64,000 nucleotides of DNA from Centroscyllium fabricii. Its lineage: Eukaryota. The first letter of the stretch is position 1. Every line of letters begins with the position of its first letter. The DNA lies in assembly GCA_051313645.2 (NCBI GenBank), contig JBNRSN020000016.1, forward strand, positions 58,714,001 to 58,778,000. The letters run 5' to 3'. The notes beneath the pieces were generated by a model. The model had not been told where the DNA came from. It saw only the letters and a program-made list of their open reading frames with translations, and searched no databases. This document shows, in pieces, positions 12,894 to 25,900 of the stretch. A program made the position numbers and the translations under genes.

Positions 12894-15800
12894 CTGCGGA
12901 AATAAGTCAGGAACATTTTAAATGTTGTGGATTATGTAATTGAACTTCAGCTTAGTTTATCAGAGAAACTGAATCACACAACCTATGTTGAGAGACCTTC
13001 CCTAATATTCATTAACATGTATGGCTACTGCCGCCTTGTATGTGATATAATTAAGGTCATTCCACATTAATGCCAGTCGCTCATTTTATTGAATGGATAC
13101 ACTTACATTACAGCAGAGAATTTTTCCTACTTTACAACTTCTTTGGCTGTAAAGCGGTTTGGGATGCCCTGAGGTTGTGAAAGGCGCTATATAAATGCAA
13201 GTCTTTCTTTTTTTTTAAAGAGAAGGGATGGATGAGTGGTTCATGGAAAACAAAAACATACAAGATCCTCAAAATTCCCAAGAGACCCTTTTCAGGAATT
13301 CACATTGCTGATCTTGGTTCCTGTTGCTGCTCAAAAGCCAGAAACCAAGGATCAACAAATAAATGCCAACAATGTGAGCCATTACACTAAAGAGCCCTGA
13401 AGTTGATTAGTGCTGCATAAATAACTAAGCACTAAGGAAAATACTTTGCTCAGCCCCTTTAACTTGTGGGCAGAAGCAGGGCTGGGAGGGGGCAGAAATT
13501 AGGAGAAAAAAAATTAAACTAAAAAGAAACTACAGGAAACTCTCTTTTAACCGGCACCTAAATCTCTCTCTCTGGAAATCTCTCTTAACCAGCAAAATTC
13601 AGGAGTAGGTTCGGGTCAGTTTTACTATATATTAGTGGCCGTGTGACCGGGGCTCCTGCACAAGTGCCGTGTGAACAGGGTTCCGGCACCTGTGGCCGTG
13701 TACAGGGCTCTCGTAGCTTGGTAACTATACCTCTCTGTAATCCGGACTTTTTGATCAACCGGCACCACACATCGGTGTTGGATAAAAAAGAGTTTTCTGT
13801 AGTTTTAAGCTCAATGGGATATGGCAACTGTGTTTATGACCACTGATGACACAGAGGTAACTTAGTAGATTTCAGAGTGTAAAGCAAAGTCAAAATTAGT
13901 GTTAAATGTCATTACATCTGTTAAAATAGTAACGCCTCAAGAGTAAACCGTGATATATTATGGTCAGCGTTTGTCTATTCTTCCCCTCTAATAGAATGGT
14001 TTAAATTATATTTCAATAGTTAAAGGCCAAACAATCCTTTCTCTTACCAATGGAATGTCAGCCATGGAGTAGATCACTACACCTTGGTACTGGTTTGTGT
14101 TTTCTGTAATTCGACCCAAACCAGATTTCAATATATGGTTTCCATACAGGAAAGATTGTTCTGTTCCAGGTTTCACCCACACTTTGTGCTGAAATTAGAA
14201 AAAACAATGACCCTGTATATCTGAACAATGAGGTTCCACACTGTACCATTTAACAAACCCGATTCAAAATATTATGGAAAGAACATTAAAGGTACGCTTG
14301 TATTTTTAGATAATAATCAGCATTCTAATATTCATTAAAAACAGTTTGAACATTGTCCAGATTAAATTCCCATCCACTGTGAGCAGTGATGCTCCGACCT
14401 GTTGTCAGAACTTACCTTAGCATAAGGAGCAAGATAGTCGAGCGCTGTGATATGAAGTCGGAATTTTAAAGTTTTGGTGAATTTCCCAAAGCAGGTTCCT
14501 AGTGAAACAAGTTTATCTCGAGAAAAATTTGTTGCCAATTTCAGGATTTTCTCACTACAAGACAGCAAATGAATTTCAAATAAATCTCAAATTAGTTATT
14601 TTATAACAATACCCATTCCAGATACTGTACAAATAAACCTTTATTAAAATACCCTTAATAATAGCCACTACACAAATATACTTTCACAACTATTTATTCT
14701 GCTCTTCAGTAAAAACCTATACAAAAATTTATTAAACCTGACCCCCGATCTTCAACAGGATTATTTCCTCACCTCCCCCCCGCAAAAAAAATATACTTCA
14801 TCTGAAATCGTTCCCTCTCTCAAAGCCAGGGGCATAGGATGAAAAACTTGTTGCACTTCTTACCTGACGTAATAAATACGATCCTTGTGTAAACGGAAGC
14901 AATAGGTTCCATCGGGGCGATCCACCAGCAACTTAATGTTCTCTCCAATACTGAAAATAATCAAACATTATAAAATGACAGCAGAATTTAACATGCTCTT
15001 ACTTTTCCATCACCCAGTTAGTGTTCTATTTCTCAAAACAGTTCTTAAAGATGACCACACAATAACCAGAACTTAGCACAGAAACGCAATTGCCCAGTAA
15101 AATGACTAAAGTGATCAATAAGTTGTGAGATTGCTCACTATGACTATGAGAAATTTAAGACCAATGGAATCATACTAAAGAAAACTCTTAATACTGCATG
15201 TTGGGGAAGATTTTAAAAAAGGCAAACAGGGGCTTCAACCTAAAACAGTGCAGAGCAATTTTATGTCAACACTCATTCATTGAATTCGAGGTTCAATAAC
15301 TTTGGAAGACACTCACACTCTAGAAACACAAGTCACCAACAAATTACTTCTGGCATATGGAATGTTCCAAAGGCATTCAACACATTGCTATCATGACTTT
15401 TTAAGTGAAGTTTTGTGCTGGGAAAAGGAATATTTATCGTTTTAAGATCCAGTGTCAAAATTAAGCACTCCTAGATCAGGCATTGTGGTTAGTTACTGCG
15501 TACATCACTCTACTTTGCCCCCAGCAAGGTGCCTCAGTCCCAACTTTAGTTGTTTTAATATCCAGAAATTCCAGTCCCAACGCGCGAGTGCACGCTGGGT
15601 ACTCACCCGTAGGCCCATCCGAAGTGCCGGTTTTGTGCATGCACAGCGCATGCGCGCGAAACCGGCAATTTCGATCCCATGACAGAAGGGGTCAGGGGTT
15701 GGAACGTGTGCGCGGCAGCACGTGCGCAATGCATTGCGATATTTTTAAACAGGTCTGTGTGCGGCTAAGTATAGAAAAAGATACGGCTGATATTTTCATG

Positions 15801-18800
15801 CGCAAAGACTGGTTTTCAGAAGGTAAGCGGTGAATTCATTCAATTTAAAACATTTTTTCCCCCACAGGTTTTTATTTTTAAATACTTTAAAGAAAGGTAA
15901 GTTTATTTTTAGCCCCGTTCAAAACTGTAATTAATTTTCTCAAAAATTTTAATTCTTGTTTAAAATAGTTATTTAATGTAATTGATAGTTAAAAAGTGAT
16001 TTAAAAAAACATTTATTTGAAGATTTACTGAGGTTTTGGGGCTTGTAGTTTTCATAAGTTTGACAGGAAGACCTGTCTGTGCTCCGATTGGCTCTCCGTG
16101 GCCCACGCGATCCCTCGCACTATCTTCGCCGCTGGGATCCGGGAGCGAGGTGCGCCGGCATTTCAGGAAGGCCCCGCATCGGAATGCCATGCAGGGGCAC
16201 TGCTCAACGGCCGGCGCGCTAGGTAAGTGCAGGTTGGAGGCTTGCACTCGCGGGAAGCCTCCGACCCGAATTTCTGGCCCATTATGGATCAAATTTTTTT
16301 TAAGTGCGACCTGAACCAAAATATGAAATAACAGCAGAAAGTGCTGGAAACACTCAGTAGGTCAGGCAGCATCGAGGAAAGGAGAAACAGAGTCAACGTT
16401 TGGGGTTGAACCCTTCGTCAGAACTGGAAAAGGTTCGGGAGGAGAGATTTTAAAGCAGGGGCAGGGAGGGGCGGAAAGAACAAAGGGGAGGTCTGTGACA
16501 GGCTGAAAGGCCGGAGAGATTGACGGACAAAAGGGCTGATGGTGCGAGGCAAAAGGAGAGGTACTGGGACAAGTTAAGAAACAAAAGATGGCTCTAGATG
16601 ATGTGTGAATGATGATGGCAGCAACATTAACAGCTGCCATGTGAGGAAACAAGAGAAAAAAAAATAAAGAAATACAGGGGCCAATTTATAGTCTGAAATT
16701 GTTGAACTCGATGTTAAGTCCAGAAAGCTGTAAAGTACCTAATAGAAGGAGGTGCTGTTCCTTGAGCTTACGCTGAGCTTCACTGCAACAGTGTAAGAGG
16801 CCGAGGACGGAGAGATCAGAGTGGGAATGGAGCGGAGAATTAAAAGCGACAGGTGACCGGAAACTCAGGGTCACGCTTGCGGACTGAACGGGTGTTCCGC
16901 AAAGCGGTCACTCAATCTGCTGTAGAGGAGACCGCATCATTAGCAGTGAATACAGTATATTAAATTGCAAGAAGTACAAGCAAATCGCTGTTTCACCTGG
17001 AAGGAGTGTTTGGGGGCCCTGGACAGTGGGAAGGGAGGAGGTAGGGTTGGACAGGTTGGGTGATTGGGCAGATACATGGCAGATGCAATATAATGTGGAT
17101 AAATGCGAGGTTATCCACTTTGGTGTCAAAAACAGGAAGGCAGATCATTATCTGAATGGCAATAGATGGGGAGAAGGGGAAGTGCAACAAGACCTGGGTG
17201 TTCTTGTGCACCAGTCACTGAAGGTAAGCATGCAGGTGCAGCAGGTGGTTAAGAAGGCAAATGGTATACATCTCCAGTATTGTGTGCAGTTTTGGTCGCC
17301 TTATCTGAGGAAGGATATTCTTGCCATGGAGGGAGTGCAGCGAAGATTCACCAGGCTGATACCTGGGATGGCAGGAATGACGTATGAGGAGAGATTGGGT
17401 CGATTGGGCTTATACTCGCTGTAGTTTAGAAGAATGAGAGGTGATCTCATTGAAACTTATAAAATTCAAACAGGACTGGACAGACTAGATGCAGGAAGGT
17501 TGTTCCCGATGGTGGGGAGTCCAGAACCAGGGGGCACAGTCTAAGGATAATGGGTAAGCCATTTAGGACAGAGATGAGGAGGTGGAATTCTCCACCACAC
17601 AAGCCAATTCATTAAATATATTCAAGCAGCAGTTATCTTAAGGCTAAGGGGATCAAGGGATGTGGGGAGAAAGCAGGGACAGGGTACTGAACTTGGATGA
17701 TCAGCCATGATCTCATTGAATGGTGGAGCAGGCTCGAGGGGCCGAATGGCCTACTCCTCCTATCTTCTATAGCCGAAAAATTGGCACTCTAACGCCGACC
17801 GATTAGTGCCCGAAAATGGGCGCGAGGTTTTAGCGCTGAGCACTAAAAATTTTGCGCCGCGCCCAAAATTCGTCAAGCGATTAGCGCGCGCTACTTGGCT
17901 CGCCTGAATCCTTGCTGATATCCTGGTGCAGCGTCCACCCCCAGTGCTGCACCCGAAATTGACGAGCGGCCGCCTAACTAACGCCCAGCGCTGCCAACGC
18001 CAGCTTTCACAAATGCAGCTGAAGTGATGTGGAGCCGCTGGGGCGTTCTTTAAAGGGAGACACTTCCTCCCTTTCGTGCGGTGGCCATTGACGTATCGTC
18101 AATAATACTCGAAGACGAATAGTTACCTTAACTAAAGGCTTTTATTAACTATAAATGGAGCTGGTCTTCGGATGGGATCAGGATGGTGAGTGGATGGGAA
18201 ATGGTGAGCACCCACCAATGTACTCCGACCTGAGGGGAGGAGTTAGAGGTGGGGCCGTTCCTGTCATCAGGTATTTACAGATATGTACAGGTACAGGCTC
18301 AGTAATGCCGCCTGGCCATTACTGGTGTAAACATTATATAGTGGTACATATATGGTTACCACAGCCATTTTGTCGGAGATCAGAGACAGACAGAGGGATG
18401 TTAGGAGATTGAAAGACAGAGGGAGGTGAGATCGGAGACAGACACAGGGAGGTTAGGAGAGTTAGAGAGAGACAGAGGGAGGTGAGGGGAGATCGGAGAC
18501 AGACACAGGAAGGTGAGGAGAGATACAGAGAGAAGCAGGTGAGGAGAGAGAGAGAGGGAGGTGAGGAGACATCATATACTGTTTCCCCAGCCCCTTTAAG
18601 AGCTGACCGGCGCCGGCGTTGCTGGGAAGGCCAGGAGTGGCAGATGGAGCGCTGCGCCCGCGACTTAGCGCCTGAATATTGGCCGTTTGCACCTGTGCAA
18701 CGCTTGATTTTGCGCCGCAATTTGCGCTAAAGACAATATCGGGGGCTCCGGCGCTGCGCCGAGGTTAGCGCCCCAAAACGAGCGCTGACCAATTTTTCGG

Positions 18801-19203
18801 CCGATGTTTCTGTGTAAAAAGGGGCAGGTGTTGCATCTCCTGCGCTTGCACGGGAAGGTGCTGAAAGTCCAAGATTCAGCCACATTGTCAATCTCCGAGT
18901 TGGACAAAAGGCTCCACCAAGATCTCTACAAGTATGAAAATATAGGCACAACATAGGCTGGATTCCTCCTCCTCCCCGCGGGAGTTTTCGCACAGCCCCC
19001 CCCGGCCGGACCCAGGGAGATTGGGGCGCAACGTCAGCAGTGAAAGCAGAGCCGGCGGATCGCGGGAGAATGAACCGCCAGCCGCCCTCCCACTGCCTGC
19101 GGCCCAGTTGGCGGATCTCCTCCTCCTACCCCCGGTCCCTCACTCACTATTTGGCGAGTTTCTCGAACAGGAGCCGCGTCTCTTCGTCGGTCAGCGGCCG
19201 CAT
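12774..19203 (-). CDS. NIP7: NIP7, 60S ribosome subunit biogenesis protein (PUA domain); complete 5-exon gene, 180 aa
   Basis: Exons 19203-19148, 14950-14864, 14554-14416, 14188-14048 and 12893-12774 all have GT-AG boundaries and sum to 543 nt. Translation [58 protein letters not shown]...[17 protein letters not shown] is recognisably vertebrate NIP7. Confidence 0.97.
13533..13799. mobile_element. Tigger-like MITE in NIP7 intron 4
   Basis: TA|CAGGAAACTCT...AGAGTTTTCTG|TA; paralogue at 57262-57572. Confidence 0.75.
14048..14188 (-). CDS. NIP7: NIP7 coding exon 4
   Basis: [54 protein letters not shown] boundaries. Confidence 0.95.
14416..14554 (-). CDS. NIP7: NIP7 coding exon 3
   Basis: [53 protein letters not shown] boundaries. 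Confidence 0.95.
14864..14950 (-). CDS. NIP7: NIP7 coding exon 2
   Basis: ttttcag acceptor, [33 protein letters not shown] donor. Confidence 0.95.
15561..16280. mobile_element. Harbinger-like MITE
   Basis: CCAGAAATTC ... GAATTTCTGGCCC termini, AT-rich core; same architecture as 41665-42472. Confidence 0.6.
16325..17040 (-). mobile_element. Penelope-like element 3' fragment (GIY-YIG endonuclease remnant plus terminal repeat)
   Basis: [28 protein letters not shown] resembles the PLE C-terminus; degenerate hammerhead CTGACGAAGGG...CCCCAAAC on the minus strand ~16397-16421. Confidence 0.75.
17041..17770 (+). mobile_element. CR1 3' fragment
   Basis: [16 protein letters not shown]...; CR1 3' tail. 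Confidence 0.88.
17771..18802. mobile_element. Harbinger-like MITE containing a solo LTR
   Basis: GCCGAAAAATTGG / CCAATTTTTCGGC termini. Confidence 0.65.
18089..18363 (-). mobile_element. Solo LTR
   Basis: TG..CA ends, 5-bp TSD GCCAT, AATAAA on the minus strand; ends related to 4987-5295. Confidence 0.8.
19148..19203 (-). CDS. NIP7: NIP7 coding exon 1
   Basis: ATG at 19203-19201, [19 protein letters not shown], donor GTGAGT. Confidence 0.95.
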
Positions 19204-19738
19204 CTCCAGCACCACGCGCTCAGCGGAACCGGAACCGGAACCGGAACTCGGCCTCACCGGGGGAACGGGGAGGGCCGGCACCACTTCCCCCACATCCTTC
19301 AAAAAAAAAACTTCACCCCAGTCCATTCTCTTCAAAAGAAAAATAACATCTTTAATTTAAAACACTGGTGCTACAAATCGTGCTGCATTTTCGCACAGTG
19401 CAGAATAGTTTGATTTTTAGTTTAGGAGGGGGCGGGGAGTGATATATGAATTATAAATGACGCCGAACAAATTTGCTGTGAGGAATTAGTGCCGTGGAAT
19501 TAAAATTAAACATCCAATAAAAAGCAAGCTGTTAAAAAATGTGTGCGGGTGCCCGGAACAGGTTTAATGTCTGGTTCCCAGCCCCGCGCGGAACGGTTCT
19601 CTCGGTGTCCAGTTGCAGTACGGAGGGTTTATTTTTGCTGCCGCTCCATTTCCGGTTGTTTACCGTTGGTCCCGGTGACGGTTAATTTTGTTTTTTTAAA
19701 ACAATGTTTTAAATGTTAAACTTTTCACTCTTTGGGCA
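19204..19738. promoter_or_regulatory. Bidirectional promoter / CpG-island region between NIP7 and ZNF276
   Basis: Divergent ATGs 535 bp apart; CpG-rich ~18970-20010; tandem CGGAAC/CCGGAA ETS-like array 19224-19247, GC box ~19428-19437, CCAAT ~19515, TTCCGG ~19650. Confidence 0.8.
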
Positions 19739-19928
19739 ATGAAACGGAACAAACGCGGCCGCTTCGTGTCGGTGGCCATAGCGCAGAAGATGGAGAGGCT
19801 GTCGGAGGCTCAGCGGCAGCGCTGGGTCCGCACCCGCACCAGGGAGCCGCGGGCTGAGGGGGAGCCGGAGCCGGGCGCCCGGGCTGAGGCGGCGCTGACA
19901 GCAGGAGCCCGGCCCCGGCTTCACTCTG
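19739..19928 (+). CDS. ZNF276: ZNF276 coding exon 1
   Basis: [19 protein letters not shown]...; donor G|GTCAGT gives phase 1, matching exon 2. Confidence 0.8.
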
Positions 19929-22900
19929 GTCAGTGCCCGGCCCTTGGCCCGCTTCACTTTTTTTTAAAATGTTGCTGATGACGACCTGCTCCTCGCCCTT
20001 TGAAAGCCGCACTTGTTTGCCTGGGATCTGTCACTCGGGCTCCCTCCGCACTCATTCCCTGTGAGTGAGAACACAACCAGCACATCGGATATAATCGGTG
20101 CTTCACAGTGCAGTAAGAACAGAAGAAATAGGAGCAGGAGCAGGCCAATCGGCCCCTCGAGCCTGCCCCGCCATTCAATAAGATCATGGCTGATCTGATC
20201 CTAACATAGAAGATAGGAGCAGGAGTAGGCCATTCGGCCCTTCGAGCCTGCTCTGCCATTCAATGAGATCATAGCTGATCATCCAAACCCAGTACCCCGC
20301 CCCTGCCCTCTCCCCATATCCCTCGATCCCTATCGAGCCTGCACCGACACATATCCCACCCTATCCCCGTAACCCCACATATTCAATCCCCCTAACACTA
20401 ACGGTCAATTTATCCTGGCCAATCAACCTAACCCGCACATCTTTGGACTGTGGGAGGAAACCGGAGCATCCGGAGGAAACCCACGCAGACACGGAGAGAC
20501 TGTGCAAACTCCACACAGATAATACCCGGGGCTGAATTTGAACCCGGGTCTCCAGTGCTGTGAGGCAACAATGCTAACCACTGTGCCACCGTGCCGCCCC
20601 ACCAATCTACTATCACAGAAGCATCTCCTGAATCTAACAGAATTCGACACAGGAAATGGGAGCAGGATCAGGCTACACGGTCCCTGGGGCCGGCCCGCTC
20701 CACTACCCACAGGGCCATGACCGATCTGAACCTAGACTCATGTCCAAGTTCCTGCCCGCTCCCCGTAACCTTTAATCCCTTTTACTACTAGGAAACTGTG
20801 TATTTCTGTTTTAAATTTATGTAATGAAGTAGCTTCTACAGCTTTTTGGGGCAGCATGTTCCATGGACCTACCACCCTCTGAGTGAAGTAGTTTCACCTC
20901 ATCTCCGTTTTGAAAGAGCAGCCCCTTATTCTAAGTTTATGCCCCCTAGTTCTAGTTTCAGTACTGGGGCAGTGCTGCCTTGTCGGAGGCACCGTCTTTC
21001 TGATGACACATTAAACCTAAGCTCTGCCTGCCTGTTTGGGTGGATGTGCCTCTGTTACCTCTAGACTTGGCTATTCATAGAAACACAGAAGATAGGAGCA
21101 GGAGTAGGCCATTCGGCCCTTCGAGCCTGCTCCGCCATTCAATGAGATCATGGCTGATCATCCAAACCCAGCACCCCGTCCCTGCCTTGTCCCCATATCC
21201 CTCGATCCCTATCGAGCCTGCAACAACACATATCCCACCCTATCCCCGTAACCCCACATAGTCAATCCCCCTAACACTAAGGGTCAATTTATCATGGCCA
21301 ATCAACCTAACCCGCACATCTTTGGAAGATTCCAACGCACTCCTGGCTGGCCTCCCACATTCCACCCTACGTAAACTTGAGGGCATCCAAAACTCGCCTG
21401 CCCGTGTCCTAACTCGCATCAAGGCCCGTTCACCCATCATCCCTGTGCTCGCTGACCTACATTGGCTCCCGGTTAAGCAACGCCTTGATTTCAAAATTCT
21501 CATCCTTGTTTTCAAATCCCTCCATGGCCTCGCCCCTTCCTATCTCTGTAATCTCCTCCAGCCCCACAACCCTGATATTGGGTCAAAGGATCAAGATAGT
21601 GAAACAGTTTGGGTGGAGATAAGGAATAATAAAGGAAAAAGGTCACTAGTGGGCGTAGTCGATAGGCCTCCTAACGGTTGCAACTCTGTCGGTCGGAGTA
21701 TAAATCAGGAAATAATTGGTGCTTGTAATAAGGGAACGGCTATAATCATGGGGGATTTTAACTTTCATATTGACTGGACAAATCAAATTGGGCAGGGCAG
21801 CCTTGAGGAAGAGTTCATAGAGTGCATTAGATAAGGGAATAAGGGGTTACGGGGAACGGGCAGGGAAGTAGACATGAGTCTAAGTTCGGATCAGCCATAA
21901 TCCTATTGAATGGTGGGGCCGTATGGCCTACTCCTGCTCCTACTTCTTATGTTCTAACCTAACCCCCCTCCTCTCCCCGCAATATCTGTGCTTCTGTAAT
22001 TCTGCCCTCATCAGCATTCCTGATTATAATTCCTCAACCATTGGTGGCCTAGGCCGTAAACTCTGGAATTTTTTCCATAAACCTCTCTGCCACTCTACCT
22101 CTCTCCTCCTTTAAGACGCTCCTTAAAACCTATCTCTTTGACCAAGCTTTTGGTTATCTGTCCTAATATCTCCTTATGTGGCTTGGTGTCAAATTTGTGT
22201 CTTATTATACTCCTGTGAAGTGCCTCGAGATGTTTTACTACATTAAAGGTGCTAAGTAAATACAAGTTGTTGTTGAAAGATCCTGTGGCACTATTTGAAA
22301 AGCAGGGGAGTTCTTCTGCTGCCCTGTCATTATAGCTGCAACCAATGCTAACAAAAATAGATTTGTGATCTGATCATTTATCGTATTTGCTGATGTGGGA
22401 CCTTATGTGTCCAAATTGGCCTACAGAGCAATAATAACTACACTTCAAAAGTTAATTGTGAAGATAATGGATGTCCTGCAGATGTGAAAGGTACTTTATA
22501 GAGGAGGTCTACTAAATTCATTCCAGAACTAAGGGGACAAAGCTATGAGGGTTAGCTACCTGGGGAATTTTCTCCATTGAAAAAGAGACTTGATAGAAGT
22601 ATTTATGATTGAGGGGTTTGGAGCCAGATATGTTTTTCTGCCAAATTTCAGAACATTATACTCTGTTAAATTATCCCTGCCAAATCTTTTTAGATTTGTA
22701 CACATTAATCATTATTTGCCACTGTTCCCAGTTTGGTGTCATCTGTAAAGTTAGACACCTCTGATATGATTCCATTCTCCAAATCACTTCAAAACACTGA
22801 CTCCTGTGGCACACCGCTAACAACTGCCTGCTAACCAAATACCTCTCCACACAGCACAATTTACTGCTGTCTATTAGGTGGCCAAATTATAATTCAGTTC

Positions 22901-25900
22901 AACACATTGCTAACTGTCACATTGGCACAAGCCTTCTACAGTAGTACAGTGAAGCAGTGTCAAATGTCTCTGAAATCCAGCTATACAACATCCACAGTCT
23001 AATTTTTATCCACTAAATCCTTAAATTTCTCAAAGAAATCCAATAAATTATTAAACACAATCTGTCATAAATAGGGACGGGATCAGACAGAGTCAACATG
23101 GATTTACAAAAGGTAAATCGTGCTTGACTAATCTACTGGAATTCTTTGAGGAAGTAACTGGTAAAATAGATGGGGGAGAGCCAGTAGATGTGGTGTACCT
23201 TGACTTCCAGAAAGCCTTCGATAAGGTCCCACATAAAAGATTAGCATGCAAAATTAAGGCTCATGTGATTGGGGGCAAAGTATTGAAGTGGATAGAGAAC
23301 TGGCTGGCAGATAGAAAACAGAGAGTTGGAATAAACGGCTCGTTTTCTGAGTGGCAGGCGGTGACTAGTGGGGTGCCGCAGGGATCTGTCCTGGGACCCC
23401 AGCTGTTCACAATATATATTAATGATCTGGACCAGGGAATTGTATGCAACATCTCCAAATTTGCAGACAACACTAAACTTGGAGGGGGGGTCGGCTCTGA
23501 AGAGGATGTCAGGAAGCTCCAGTGCGATTCGGACAAGTTGGGGGAATGGGCAGATACATGGCAAATGCACTATAATGTGGATAAATGTGAGGTTATCCAC
23601 TTTGGGGGCAAAAACAGGAGGGCAGATTATTATTTAAATGGCAATAGATTGGGAGATGGGGAAGTGCAGAGAGACCTGGGTGTTCTTGTGCACCAGTCAC
23701 TGAGGGCGAGCATGCAGGTGCAACAGGCGGTTAAGAAGGCAAATGGTATGTTGGCCTTCATATCAAGAGGGTTCGAGTATAGGAATAAGGATACCTTACT
23801 ACAGCTGTACAAGGCACTGGTGAGACCACACCTTGAGTATTGTGGACAGTTTTGGTCGCCTCATCTGAGGAAGGATGTTCTTGCCATGGAAGGAGTGCAG
23901 CGGCGATTCACCAGGATGATACCTGGAATGGCAGGAATGACCTACGAGGAGAGATTGTGCAGTTTGGGCTTGTACTCACTGGAGTTTAGAAGATTGAGAG
24001 GGGATCTCATCGAAACATATACAATTCTGACAGGCCTGGACAGGTTAGATTCAGCAAGAATGTTTCCAATGGCGGGGGAGTCCAGAACCAGGGGCCACAG
24101 TCTAAGGATAAGGGGTAAACCATTTAGGACAGATATGAGGAAGAATTTCTTCACCCAGAGAGTAGTGAGACTGTGGAATTCCTTGCCACAGAGGGCAGTG
24201 GAGGCCAGTTCATTAAATATATTTAAGAGGGAATTGGAATTGGATATATTTCTTCAGGCTAAAGGGATTAAGGGTTACGGAGAGAAGGCGGGGACGGGGT
24301 ACTGAACTTGAAAGATCAGCCATGATCTCAGCCAAAGATCAGCCATGATCTCATTGAATGGCGGAGCAGGCTCGAAGGGCCGAATGGCCTACTCCTGTTT
24401 CCATTACAATAAAACCATACTACCTCTCTGTAATTAACTCCTGTCTCTCGATCATTTGGATTATCCTTTATCATAGTGTCAAAGCAATTTCCCAAGGAAA
24501 AGCTTTATAATTTGACAGTTCATTCTCTTTAAAAGTAGGAGTCAGATTTGCTACCAGGGTGCTACAAAAATGTTTTTTTCACTTGCCCAGTCGGGCAAGT
24601 GGTTTCTAAAACACTTGCCCGAACACAAATTTCACTTGCCCGAAATGTTTAAAGAAATAAATAAAGATTTTACATTTTTATTAAAATACTTCAATATAAA
24701 GCCATAGATTGTGATTGTGCCTTTAGTTGCATTGGCCCGGTTTCTGCCCCTCTCTGTCAGAGTCTCTCTCTCTCTGTCTCTCTCTCTACTCTGAACATTC
24801 TTCCCTCATTTACCAAACTTTCTGTGAAGCCTCCGCAGGCCGCGGGCTCCCTCACTCTCTTTCCTCACCTACCTTCGGCCAGCAGCCGCTCCGTTTTTTT
24901 CTCTCCCCCCTCAGCGGGTCGACGGCACCGACCAACTCTTGCCGCGCGCCACCAGCCCGCTCCACCTAACCCGACTGCTGCCCCATCTCCTGATTGACAC
25001 GCCGTCTCCTCCAATCCCCGCCGCGCCGCCCAGCCCTCCTGGCCAATCCGCACCGGCCTCCAGGGCGGGATCCACCCACCCATTCCCGTGGCCTCGATCA
25101 TCGAGCGGGCAAGCGGTTTTGTCGCGCACTGGACTTTCCCAAGATTCGGTCTCTGGGTGTCAGTGTCCCAGGATTCGGTCTCTGGGTGTCAGTGGCCCAG
25201 GATTCGGTCTCTGGGTGTCAGTGTCCCCGAGAGGAAGCTCGCTGTCACCTCATCCTAGTCCCTTCACTCACCATCTGTTCATCTTTTTCTCCGTTCTTTT
25301 TTGCAGCCTTTGTGGTTTTCTCCTCTTAATGAGGTGGGGGGTGGAGGGGCTGGACGAAGCGGGCCTTCTATATTTTTCTATTGACTCTATATTTCTCTCT
25401 CTCGATGCTGCCTGGTCTGCTCAGTTTTTCCAGCATTTTCTGTTGTCATTTCTTAGTGGCACTGCATCCCTTTGTACCTTTGATCTGCATCTGACAAATT
25501 TGAAGAAGACTTTACTGTTCTTTATGTTGGTGGCTATGTATTGCTTATGTTCCCTCTTAGCATCTCATTTCTTAGCATTTTGTGAACTATTTATAGTTTT
25601 TCTTTTTAACACCTTCCATAACTTTCTTAGTTCTTCATGCTTACTTTAATCTTTTATTTCATCCATTGCTTTCAGGGAAAATTTGCTTTTGCATCTTTAA
25701 AAATAAACCCTTTCAAAACTTAGATTTTTCCTTCCACCTTCTGTAATGTAAATTTTTCCTGCTGTTTTAATGTTTTCATGCATCCTTCATAACGCTCAAA
25801 GTTAGCGTGTCCAAAATGTATTTTCTTAATAGGCTTCCTTTTATGTTCTGTCCTCCAATCTCCCCATCCTGTTCTTTTTTGAAGTGTGTGTGTGTGTGCG

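Noticed and set aside
19147-19335. Upstream in-frame extension of NIP7 in the ORF track
   Set aside because: The conserved start is MRPLT at 19203; the extension starts at a non-ATG codon and is UTR/promoter sequence.
20520-20597. tRNA-like sequence
   Set aside because: It is the tRNA-derived head of a SINE, repeated in each copy, not a tRNA gene.
24939-25649. 236-aa hydrophobic ORF
   Set aside because: It runs across a MITE, a minisatellite and T-rich decayed repeats; a compositional artefact.
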